DNA of 64,000 bases from Cystobasidiomycetes sp. EMM_F5 (taxonomy: Eukaryota). Under the pieces are notes generated by a model that had not been told where the DNA came from, did not search any database, and saw only the letters and a list, made by a program, of their open reading frames with translations. Numbering within the stretch: the first letter of the stretch is position 1; each line of letters starts with the position of its first letter. Positions 11,685 to 22,634 of the stretch are shown piece by piece. The translations under genes and the position numbers were made by a program. The DNA is taken from contig JBPGPT010000029.1 in the NCBI GenBank assembly GCA_051047955.1, forward strand, positions 124,001 to 188,000, read 5' to 3'.

Positions 11685-12610
11685 ATGTGGCCAGCCTTCC
11701 AACGGCGAGCCATGCGATGCCGCTGGTCGCACTCGGCGTGAATCGAAGTGCCGCTCGTGCAGCCAAGATAATCACCAATTGCCGCATGATCTTGACGGTT
11801 TCAATACTGCCTGGGCGTTCGGGTATATCACTGGCCTCGGTCAAGCTCACTGGCCTTCCGACCATCGGAAGCATGCAGCAATCTGCCTGCCCCGCGGGAT
11901 AAGCAATTCTCGGATGCTCGACAGGGGTTCGCCAGAACTCACTCTGAATACACGCAGCAAGCTCAAGGGGTCAGAGACATCGAGGTTCGCTCGTCAGACG
12001 AGCGAGTATTACATGCATGCGATTCCCAAAGGCCCTCTGCATGACTTGTTGCGTGGCCATGCCAATACATGTTTGCACTCAGAATGCTACGATCAAATAC
12101 GGCTGAGAAATGCTACAACTGCTACATGGGTAGTGTCCATCAAGTGCGAGTGCGCTACCGAAAATGCTAGACTTATTTGTGTACAGATGTTGCTCCAGAT
12201 GCATGTATATGCTGAAGGTCAGCGAGGCCAGAGTGGACCACGAAGATGCTTGATGTGCAGGACGAGCTGGATATGAATTTCTGAATTCGAGTACGATGCG
12301 TGTACGTCGTACACAAGCCGCTCTTGCTTCATCTTTGTGGTCCGAAGTCTTGTGGGGAGGCACGTGCGGAATATAGTCCAATCTTCTGCATTCTGTGTTC
12401 TGTGCATTGTATCTCGAGCGCAGTATCCGGACAGGCCTTTCACGGGGCGGTTTGCCGACTGACCAAGCGGTGGCTTTTTGTGATTTGATGATGATTCACA
12501 TGAAAGGACGGTCAGGCCAGTGCGATTCTCACAAGCGCGGTGCCTGCTCTTGACGTCTTCACTGCCGCCTGCACGTGCATTCGCGTAGATCGTCATCAAT
12601 GGGAGAGTAT

Positions 12611-14251
12611 CTATACTTCCGGCTTCACTGAGCGCTCTTGGTGGGACTCATCCGCGTTTTGACGCTTGACCTGGTGAGTGTACGTATCTGCCAAGATGGT
12701 CGCATTGCCTTTGCCACTGGCAAGATTGATGTCTATGCTGGCGTACATTGCCTGCAAGAACATTTCATTGACATAGTCTGTCAACAAGTGTTTTGAGCTC
12801 TTGCGGCCCGCACGGTGACGGATGATCGTTCCGTGGCAGTCTGAATCTGTAGGAGACCCAAACGTCTCCTCGCAAGGCGCTAGGACGTAGTCGATGCCCT
12901 CGGTATAGTCACGCCTGATATAGTCGTTGAATGCTGTTTGCTCGTGAAAGCGCGTCTTTTTCCAGTATCCGCATCCGGGGTGCTATGAGGAGTGTTAGTG
13001 TCAAATTGAGGGAAGGGGGATACGAAGATACTCACACGTTCCGGACAGTGTATCAGATCCTCTAGCATCTGTTTCGTTCTTCTATCGTTTTTCAGCATCC
13101 AGAAGCCAGTATTTGCCACTTGCTCCTGCTGACCGTCGTATCGCGTGTATAGATCAGGGTCTTCCTGCATCAGCCAAGCTATATCGTCGGACAAGCCCCA
13201 TCTGACACGGAGCGTATCGAACGAGAGCTGTGGTTGTACAACGACTAAAGGCGGAACCAGTAAGAGAGCGACAGCAGCGTGCTGGCATATGCTACTCACA
13301 TGCATCGCTGTCGAGAAACATGACGTAGTCGCACGAGTCTAGGGCGTCCAGCATGGGCTGCAGTTTGCCCCACGTGTCTAAGATGTGCGTGTAAAGGCAA
13401 GCTATCAGAGACATACGCGATCGAGACAAACGATATACACACAATGGTACCCTTTTCGTTGTATAGATGGGACCCGCTGTTTCGCATAGCCGTGCATGCC
13501 TCAGAGGAATGTGCGAGTGAGGGCGCAACAGTCGCAACTCACAGCATACTGATAGCCATGGAGCATGGCGTACCAAGCGACGGCGTAGGCTGTTGATGTC
13601 CAGAAAGGACCTTGGGTCGGAGCATCGGACAGCGGTCTGTCGTCTGCCTGGAGGATGCATACTCGCTCTGGGCTGACTGGGGAGTAGCCCATTGGGAGGT
13701 GGATATTGTTTGGCGTCACGACCGATATAGTACCGTCCGAGGATACGATACGCTGGCTTGCGAATCGCTGGTGCCATGCCTGCGAAACGAGTACATGTTT
13801 GGGGTCAGGAGGATCCCTTTCTCGCGATTTGATTCTCCCTCACGCTGCCGAGCCTGTGCTGCGTCTGGCGCTCCGCAAAGACACCCAGGTCATCGTAGGG
13901 ACTCTCGCTGGGTGGAGCGTAGTAGTAGTAGGACGCTGCTGCAGCTGCTCCTCCGAGAAACCAGAGCAGTCCCGCTATCCCGAGTACGGTCGCGACGACG
14001 ACGAGGAAAGTCAGCCTGGCGTTTCTCGCGGGATGGTTAGTCGACGTCGCAGCTCTCGCGGCGCTGCTCCAGCCAGCCCCGCTCCCGTTCCAGAGCCCAG
14101 CCATGCGATACAGCAGCCTCCGTCGGATCCGTCGCAGCCTGGACGATACGGCGACCGCTGCCCCTCCCGAGGCTGACCTGCTGTGCGTCCTGCTGTGTTG
14201 GTGTTGATATCCTGTCCGCTGTCCTCCTGGCAGCAGTTGGTAGCTGGCCAT
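12611..14251 (-). CDS. Type II membrane glycosyltransferase, GT34/GMA12-MNN10-like; multi-exon
   Basis: N-terminal TM (LTFLVVVATVLGIAGLLWFL), YAMLHGYQY, WGKL...DYVMFLDSDA (DxD), NTGFWMLKN, HEQTAF. Stop TAG at 12613-12611. Confidence 0.7.
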
Positions 14252-14537
14252 CCTGATTGATTAATTGAGATTATCGGGACATTTGCATCGCATGCCGCAG
14301 TCAAGCCAGGCACGAAAAACAAGGGCTTGGGGTAGAAAGGGCTTGGGAGGGTATATCTCGGGGTGATTACACATATCGACAGTTTGGAGTCGTACATTGT
14401 ATTCGTATGACACTGACCAACACTGACGTCTTTTCAGATTCACCGTAGCTCGTCTACAGAGTTCCCCGCATTTCCCGTGTCAGAAATACTCCGTATCCTC
14501 CAACAACACCTCTTTCTCTCAATACTGACTTGCCCAT

Positions 14538-15119
14538 CTACCTGTGTCGTTCTAAGGCCTTTCTCCTCTCCTTCTCTGCGCGCTTTGCCCGCCAGTCGCA
14601 TTCTAGATTAAAGGCCGCACCAAACATGGCACTCATACGCTTAGGAACGAGCGTCCTCTGTGGATCATCGTCTCGCATCTTACTTACTATCTCAGCCGCA
14701 AACTCCATGCTCAGAGCTTGCAATCGCAGGCTTTGACAGTCTTGCCATTTTTGATTCCACAGGACAGCATCTCCTCGAACAATGTCGGTAATCCTCTCTT
14801 GAAAGATGGCTGCCTGTCCGCGAGGCAGTAGAGTGGCTGCCACTCTGAGCATGTTCCAATTAATGTCGAGCTTGCTGAAATCCACTAATGGCATGTCTCG
14901 CATCGACTCTACCGCCACTCCAGCAGTATACGAGCTACGACGCTTGCTAGGGGTCGCAAAGCCAGTGCTAACTGGAGGAATGTACATCTGTCCGACGGAG
15001 GAGGCTCTGGAACGGGGTGTCAAGAGCGGACTCGGGTACGGACTCTTCCTGAGGGTTGCTGCGGTTGCCGGATGCAGCCATCTCGACATTGCACCTACAG
15101 CTTTCGAGTAAACGCTCAT
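14538..15119 (-). CDS. Unassigned tandem family member 1 (193 aa)
   Basis: Uninterrupted ORF sharing MPLVD...NW...D-AVLWNQKW...RLQALSMEF with three adjacent ORFs. Confidence 0.8.
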   Translation of the reverse strand: MSVYSKAVGAMSRWLHPATAATLRKSPYPSPLLTPRSRASSVGQMYIPPVSTGFATPSKRRSSYTAGVAVESMRDMPLVDFSKLDINWNMLRVAATLLPRGQAAIFQERITDIVRGDAVLWNQKWQDCQSLRLQALSMEFAAEIVSKMRDDDPQRTLVPKRMSAMFGAAFNLECDWRAKRAEKERRKALERHR

Positions 15120-15556
15120 TAGGGATATATGGCTCCTTACAGATAATTATGGGGGAAATCAAGAGACCTGACCTGTGAAATGAAAAGCTGAGCTTGATGT
15201 CAGCAGCAAGCACTAATAATTCCGCATCAAAAGAAATAAAGGCTATGCCATAGTAGCTCGGTCAGTCCGTTATGGCGGCGCTCTTTGCTCTGATCATTCT
15301 GCTTGAAAACACTGCCAAACGGTCAAAGGGTGCTGTTCTTCACCTTTCTCCTGGGTTCGACGTATCGTTCGACGTATCATACGGCTTTATCTTAAACGAA
15401 TCAAATGACGACGTTCATGAGCTTACAGATTCGCTCAGGCAGTGGAGCTGCAGTTTTAACGTTACGGTAGAGCTGTTTTTGAACACCTAGAATACACTGA
15501 TCATGTCATGCTGCCATTCATAATTAGAAGACACTGCATACTACTCGTGCGGCCAG

Positions 15557-16159
15557 TCATGGCTTGCTTTGGCTTGATTGATATCGCTCAAGCCGCTGCT
15601 TTGTGAAAGCGTGTGTGAACAGATTCTTTAGTGATTCGCAGAGGTTCATTCTTACCTCCTGGACTTTAGGAATGTCCGTGTCTTTAAGGTGGTCTGTGAC
15701 CACTGCCACAAACTCCATAAGTAAAGCTTGGAGGCGCTGCTGCCTTATGCGTCCCCAAGAATCGTCCCAAAGATACTTGTCCCATTTGACTATTTTCTCC
15801 ACGCTGTCGCGCATGACAACAGGCGCCCCCAATGTTGGCGCAGCGTCCTGCAACGCCTTCCAGTCGAGCTCCAGTGCTTTGAGGTCAATTGTAGGCCACT
15901 TCTCACAGTGTGGACGTGCCATTACGCGTCGTGTGGGAGACGAGCTCGCGGAACTCGGAGTCGCCCCACCCAGACCGTGTTTCCGGTATCGGCGGAGCTG
16001 CCAACTATGTGCATCTTCCGCCGCTGCTTTACGATTTGGCGTTGTCGAAGAGCTGTACGACCGACGTGCGGAGCCATCGCTGGAGCTCGACCCAGATGCG
16101 GGGAAGGGATCTCGTTGCGGGCGACCGTGTTCGAAGCTGATTGAATGCGATCTCGACAT
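15557..16159 (-). CDS. Unassigned tandem family member 2 (200 aa)
   Basis: WPTID...LDW...D-KYLWDDSW...RLQALLMEF. Confidence 0.8.
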   Translation of the reverse strand: MSRSHSISFEHGRPQRDPFPASGSSSSDGSARRSYSSSTTPNRKAAAEDAHSWQLRRYRKHGLGGATPSSASSSPTRRVMARPHCEKWPTIDLKALELDWKALQDAAPTLGAPVVMRDSVEKIVKWDKYLWDDSWGRIRQQRLQALLMEFVAVVTDHLKDTDIPKVQEVRMNLCESLKNLFTHAFTKQRLERYQSSQSKP

Positions 16160-16683
16160 ACAAGGAAGTCTGATGGTTATTTTCAGAAGAACCCTGCTGG
16201 TGGGAATTGTTCCCTTGAGTTAGAGGAATCGGTAATCGTGAAGAGAAGCAAGAAGCAGAGACGAGGCAAAGGTACATCATCAAATCATTGAAGCGGACCT
16301 CGACCTGACGTCCCGTCTTGAATCGCATATCCCACGCTTTTGTCAGCGGCGTCTGTGCTAATACACAGCAGGTGGACTGTTGAACGCCTCTTTCGGCCGA
16401 GCATGTGAGACCGAGATGAGCTGCTTGATCTTCAGCGCGTGTAGCTTTTGGACGTATAGGCCGAACTGAATAACGACGGCGCGCCTGTTCGCCGACAAAC
16501 GTAGAAGATTAGCTTGAATCAGCATTTACAGCCTTTGAACACGATCCTGATCATTCACGTCTGCAACACTTGGCCTCGCGCCGCCTATTGTACATCTATA
16601 ATGATATCAGTTCGAGATCGTAAGGATGAGTATGGTAATGGTACGGCGGAATTGTGATCATCGGTATTGTGTGAATGAGAGAT

Positions 16684-17217
16684 TTATTTACGACGTGATT
16701 GGCGGCTGCTCGCTGCACTGCGCTCGCGTTGTATCTTTTCGTAAGCTTCTTCGAACATTTTTGGTATGTCACTTAACAAGGCCGCTCTCCGGGCATAGTT
16801 GTCCCCCACACCATTCAGCGTCAGCTGTAAGAATTCCATCGCCAGCGCTTGTAACCGTATCTTTCCATCGCTCTGCCAACGGGCATCCCAGAGACATTTG
16901 TCAGTCCTAACTACTTTCCGCACGCTGTGTCCAAGCACATGTCCGGCTTTGCTCGTAGTTGCCACTGCATGTATAATAGTCCAGTTCAGATCGCATGCAC
17001 CCACATCTACTGCAGGCATCTTCGTCTGCGTCCCAATGGCAGGTTGATTGGGACGCGCAGAGGTCCTACTGGCAGATCTTGGGCTCGCCACGCCCATACC
17101 ACTTCCGCGATATGCTAGATAGCCCAGATGCTGAGTTCTGAAAGCGGCCAACTCCGGGTCCGGTGTGTCCGGGTGCCTGTAACGACGAGACTCGTAGGGA
17201 TCTTGCATGCAAACCAT
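16684..17217 (-). CDS. Unassigned tandem family member 3 (177 aa)
   Basis: MPAVD...LNW...D-KCLWDARW...RLQALAMEF. Confidence 0.8.
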   Translation of the reverse strand: MVCMQDPYESRRYRHPDTPDPELAAFRTQHLGYLAYRGSGMGVASPRSASRTSARPNQPAIGTQTKMPAVDVGACDLNWTIIHAVATTSKAGHVLGHSVRKVVRTDKCLWDARWQSDGKIRLQALAMEFLQLTLNGVGDNYARRAALLSDIPKMFEEAYEKIQRERSAASSRQSRRK

Positions 17218-17610
17218 TCCCCGGTACGGTCGTGGATCTTTGTTCGGGACGATCCTGCCTTGTCCGGCCTTGCTGATTTGAACTCAACAAGCGACGTATA
17301 CTCCACTCTGTTATTTTGGCCAGCATGTTTGGCTTTTGAGCGACTTTGAGATTGACTGGCCGCTCTCTGCTTGTGAGAACACTGCCATCGATGCAAGAAG
17401 GCTGTGCCAGCGACTGTACAGTTGTCAAACAGCTGCTACAGTGACAAACATTGGAGCAGACGTCAGTCAATAGGTGATCTTGTTCACCGCAACATACAGA
17501 CAGCATCCTTCGGGAAGAACCTCGATTCAGTCGCGTTCTGTGCATCAAACAGGGTAGCTCGACAATCTACAATTTCGAGATACACCGATAGTGTAGTCGT
17601 AACGACGTAT

Positions 17611-18267
17611 TCAAGTAGTTACGGACGAATTGGCTGTCGGATGTCGGCTGGCGACTGCACGCTCTTGCTCTACCTGCTGGTATGCCCGGACAAACGTACG
17701 AGGTATCTCTTTGCATATTGCGGTTAAACGTGGTTCATCCGCTCTCATTCCCTTCAACGTCAGCGCCAGGAAAGCCATAGCTAGTGCCTGTAATCGCTGC
17801 TGCTGATACTAGACCAAATTTGCGTCCCACAAATGTACGTCAGTCTCGACAACTCGCAGGACGCTCTCCGAAACGATATGGCGTCCCATAGTCATTGTTG
17901 CCGCTATGCGTATGGAGGACCAGTCCAAATCGAAACGTCCAAGATCGACAGCAGGCATTCGTACTTCACCGCTATGCCGTGATCCGAGTCGTACAGACGA
18001 TACGCTACCCGATCTCGCACTACTTCCGCCTGACTTTCGGTTGCGACCAAGGTCAGCATTGCTCCATTCTCTAGGCGCGTTCCGGTTTGGACTGGGAATC
18101 CTGAGATGAACGCTTCGACATTGTTGTACACCATCGTGTGGCACAGATCCTGACAACGATGTAGAGTTCTCGCGACTTCGAACACGGCGATGACGTGTGG
18201 AGCTTGCATTCCGTGTTGTCGGACTCCTAGTCCACCACCCTGAAAATGTTGCGAAAATGTCTTGCAT
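17611..18267 (-). pseudogene. Unassigned tandem family member 4, interrupted by an in-frame TAG at 17811-17809
   Basis: First ATG at 18267. MPAVD...LDW...D-VHLWDANLV*YQQQRLQALAMAFLALTL...F-VRAYQQVEQER continues in the same frame to TGA at 17613-17611. Confidence 0.7.
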
Positions 18268-18753
18268 TTGATGAGATTGATGCGCGCTGGTTGGGAGATC
18301 GTAATTGTGGTAGTCAGGACGCAGAGTCGAGCGTCGTCGCAAGTGGGCCCTCTCCGTGCGCGTTTGAGTTTTGCCGGCAGCTTGACAGACATATCCATCG
18401 CCTGGTCACCTTGCATCGCCGAGCGTCAGACATGGACCAAACCTGTGCGTCTGGCTTGTGAGAGACGGGTCCGAGGTCTGGCAGTGTGTGTACTAATATT
18501 CGTCATATCGGGAGACAGTTGCCATTTCAGACCAAGCTGTCGTGCTGAGCTGACCGTTTGAATCGTCCCGGAGTATGGCTCTCATCGCGGACCATCTTCC
18601 GCTGTCAGTAACGACTCGTTCGTCAGTATCCGATGCTTTCGATGTCATTTCCTTGAAACAAAAGACCCGTCGGATAGTCCTTTCGAGCCAACAAAAGGGC
18701 AGTATCGCGACTATCCTGCGAAACGGTAATATCCTGCCATCAGCCTGCTGCGA

Positions 18754-21700
18754 ATGCAAACGAGAGCTCTGCGGTCAGTCCGAGCTGCGTCGCTGGCATC
18801 AGTATCGACCAGGCGCATATCCCGGGCATTGCTGGGCAGCAGTATCGGCGACCATCGACGAGGGCCAGCTTCATTATCGGCGTCCATAACATCGCAGACA
18901 CCCAGGTCATCGTCTAGCATATCGTCAGCCTCGCTGGCTTCGTTGAACTCCGCCAAACCAGCTTCCATAAAGATTACCCAAAAAGCAGTCGCAAGCTTCG
19001 CAACAATGGCTCAAACGACGTCGAATGGCTCCAGCAGCGCGGACCCGTCCAACGTTTCCGCTAATAATGACAATGCCCTTTTCGCGCCGTCCCTAGCTCA
19101 TCTCGATGCCCGCAGACTGCCGTACGGCTACGAAAAGCCATCGCAATCTGATAATTATGCGACATTCCTGCCGAGTATCGAGCAGAGCGCCAACGACGAC
19201 AGGATGTACAGGCTGATACGTCTCGATAATGGTATCGAATGCATGCTCGTCAGCGATCCAAAGACGGACAAGGCAGCAGCAGGAATCAGCGTGCGGGCAG
19301 GTCATCTGAGTGATCCGGAGAACGCTCAGGGAATGGCACACTTCTGCGAGCATCTGTTATTCATGGGAACAGAGAAGGTGAGGTGCAGTTGCTGCGCTCA
19401 ATCATGCCCGCTAACTCAGAATCCTTAGTATCCCGCCGAGAACGATTACAACGAATACTTGTCGCAAAACAACGGAATGTCAAATGCTTTTACTGGCATG
19501 GACGAGACAGTCTACTTCTTTGACGTGCATCCTCCCGCTTTACCAGGCGCCCTCGACCGCTTTGCCCAATTCTTCATTGCGCCACTCTTTACCGATTCGT
19601 GTACCGAACGCGAGATCCTCGCGGTCGATTCTGAAAACAAGAAGAACCTCCAAGTGGATATGTGGCGGCTGTTTCAGCTTGAAAAGTCAACGTCGTCCAA
19701 GTCTCACCACTACTGGCGATTCGGTACCGGAAACAAGCAGACTCTTTGGGATACTCCGCTAAGCGAAGGCCGAGGGATCCGGAACGAGCTCATACAATGG
19801 TACAATGAGCACTACTCTGCCAACCTGATGAAGCTGGTAGTCATCGGAAAGGACTCTTTGGACGATCTAGCCAAACTCGCAAGCAAGACATTCGCGCCGG
19901 TCAAGAACAAGGACTTGCCTGCCCAAGATTATACTGGCTCTCCTTTTACGAGCGCTGAACTCCAACATCATGTCTTTGCCCAGACTGTTCGGAATATGCG
20001 AACTCTCGAGCTCCTTTTCCCTATCGCCGATCAAGACCCAATGTTTGCTAGCAGACCGGGCCATTTCATCACTCATTTCCTCGGACACGAAGGAGAAGGT
20101 TCAATCCTGTCTCACTTACGCAAGCTTGGATGGGCAGACTCGTTATCTGCCGGTGCAGGCTCAGGTGCATCAGGCTTCGATTTCTTCAAGATCAGTTTAC
20201 AGCTCACGGCAGCCGGATTGGCCAAGCACGAAGAGGTCGTCAAGATTGTATTCCAGTATATTGAGTTGTTGCGATCGACCCCGCCACTGGAGTGGGCATT
20301 CAAAGAGCAAAGCATGCTAAACGAAATCGGGTTCCGGTTTGTCGAAAAGGGGAAACCCTCGAGCTATGTTGTGCAGTTGGCCACACAGATGCAGAAACCG
20401 TTCCCGAGACAGTGGTTGCTCTCTGCGCCATGGCTGCTGAAAGATTGGCAGCCAAAATTGGTAGAAGAGCAATTGAAGAGCTTGACGCCGGAGAATTGCC
20501 GAATCACGGTGGCTTCACAAGAGCCTGTCAACGGGCTTGAGTGGGACCAGAAGGAGCAATGGTACGGAACACGGTATCGACAGCAACCCTTCGACAGTCA
20601 GACATTTGTACCGCAACCAGAAGTATCGAAGCCGGACGGCTTGCATTTACCTTCGCCAAATTCTTTCATTCCAAGCAATCTTGATATTTTGGGCACCAAG
20701 CCAAGTGGAAATGCTGGCCCAAGCCGGCGACCAGAACTCCTACGACAAACACCAACATCGAGATTATGGCACAAACAGGATGATCGGTGGTTCGTGCCGA
20801 GAGCTGGCGTCGCGTTATACATTAAGAGGTGCGCGTCTTCAGTGATCGCTGCACTGATATATTCGCTGATGCAAACCCGACATACAAAGCCCGATCATCG
20901 ACGCTTCTGCTGAAAACGCAGTAAGCACTCGAATGTATCTCGATCTGGTCATGGACGCCATGGCGGAGTACAGCTACGATGCCGATTTGGCTGGACTTTC
21001 GTATAGACTAGATTCGCAAGCAGACGGTATCATCATTCAGGTTGATGGCTACAACGACAAGCTACCCGTACTCGCTCGAGTTGTGCTAGAGAAGATGGCA
21101 AACATCAAGCTGGACCCGCAAAGATTTGACCTCATCAAGGATCAGAACAGGCGCAAGTATCAGAACTTCAATTTAGCGGAACCATCTTCGCACACCGGGT
21201 ATTATATGAGCTACGTTACATCAAACAAGGTACACTCTATCTCGGACAAGCTGGCTGCCCTCGAACCGATGACCGCACAATCTCTGCAAGACTACATACC
21301 GAAGCTGCTCTCCAAGCTACATGTGGAGTCACTGGTGCATGGCAATTTGTCAAAAGCGGATGCAATGGGAATCAGCGATATGATACAGGACATTTTCAAG
21401 AATGGCGCGCTTTCGAAAGACGAGAAGATTTCCCCTTTGAGCCTGCTTCTTCCGCCGTGTTTGTGCAAGCTTCGGATCATACCATGGACTTTCGCTGATT
21501 TGATCGCATATTCTAGCGTCCAACCTGGTTCTTCGCTTACCCGTGACTAATGCTGAAAATGTCAACTCTGCAATTGAATATGTAGGGAAATACCTGCTAC
21601 ACCTCAATGTCAGAACTAACATCAATACTCCAGTTCTGTTACACTGGCGACGATGGCGATGCCGCAATACGTACACGCAACATGCTCTTTTGTCAGCTCA

Positions 21701-22634
21701 TCAACGAGCCATGTTTCGATACGTTACGCACCAAGGAACAGCTTGGATACCTGGTGCATTCCTCTGGCCGGGGCAGTATCGGCATGACCGGATTTCGGAT
21801 AAGCATACAAAGCGAAAGGGAAGCCTCATACTTGGAGGACCGAATAGACAATTTCCTCAAGGCTTTCGAGAAGTACCTCGAAGATCTTGCACCGGATCAA
21901 TTCCATCGCGAGCGCGCCAGTCTGACGAACAGACTCAAGGAGGACTACAAGAACCTATTCGGAGAGTACGTTTAGTGCTGTCTTAAACACGAATCCCGCT
22001 GACGTGCATACTTCTTAGAATGACTACGTACTTCATGCAAATACATTCTGGTTACTATGATTTTGAGCGCAGTGGGTTCTCGCCATGCGTTCCTCCTCAA
22101 TGTATCGCTGAGCATTTCACCGCAGAAACGAAGGACGCTGAACTCATAAGTCAAATAACGAAAGAAGACATTCTGGCCTATTTCCGCAGCTACATCAGCC
22201 CCGACTCACCCACCAGAGCGAAGCTTTCCGTGCAGATGCAATCGCAACACGTCAGTAAAGCAACTCTTCAAGCCATTCCTGCTATCCTCGAAACTGCCGG
22301 TGTCGGAGTATCGGAGGAAATGAAAGCGGCGGTATCTGTCTCACCAACCCCTCTCATCAGTAGTGTGCTATCTATGGTGGAACACAGGCTAAGCGGGCAA
22401 GAGGGCATCGACATCCCCGACATTCTCGACCAGATCAAGGAGCTGCACTCGTCGACGCAAAGTAACAATAACAAGAAAGTTTTCACTGATATCGGTGAAG
22501 TCCGACAACTAATGACAGTCGGACCACCATCCTTCCCAACCGACGAGTAAGCTGCGCAATTGTTCAAGCATATATCAGAACTTGATTCGTACTTTTTCAC
22601 ACCTATCAGGTATAAGCATGTAATATCTAATTAG
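18754..22634 (+). CDS. STE23: Insulysin-family (M16A) zinc metalloprotease, Ste23/IDE; multi-exon
   Basis: YRLIRLDNG, inverted zinc motif AHFCEHLLFMGTEKYP, GHEGEGSILS, FDTLRTKEQLGYLV. Exon phases join cleanly; the last short exon ends YKHVISN-TAG. Confidence 0.92.

Noticed and set aside
15523..15559. Readthrough of the copy 2 stop (TGA CTG) would add LAARVVCSVF, a CaaX-like end
   Set aside because: The context is not the TGA CTA motif, I have no matching evidence from the other copies, and it is likely chance.
15603..16223. 206-aa plus-strand ORF and many other long antisense ORFs in the track
   Set aside because: They are shadows of genuine genes on the opposite strand, with no independent motifs.
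14538..18267. Array genes as pheromone precursors or a mating locus, because they sit beside STE23
   Set aside because: No C-terminal CAAX, no internal peptide repeats, and no STE3, STE20 or homeodomain genes in the window.
14538..18267. Array as transposon or viral remnant
   Set aside because: No terminal repeats seen, and no transposase, RT, integrase or capsid motifs recognised.
22548..22634. Cryptic peroxisomal PTS1 on Ste23 via splicing or readthrough
   Set aside because: The possible C-termini (PTDE, ET, VISN) and the readthrough frame do not end in an SKL-type tripeptide.
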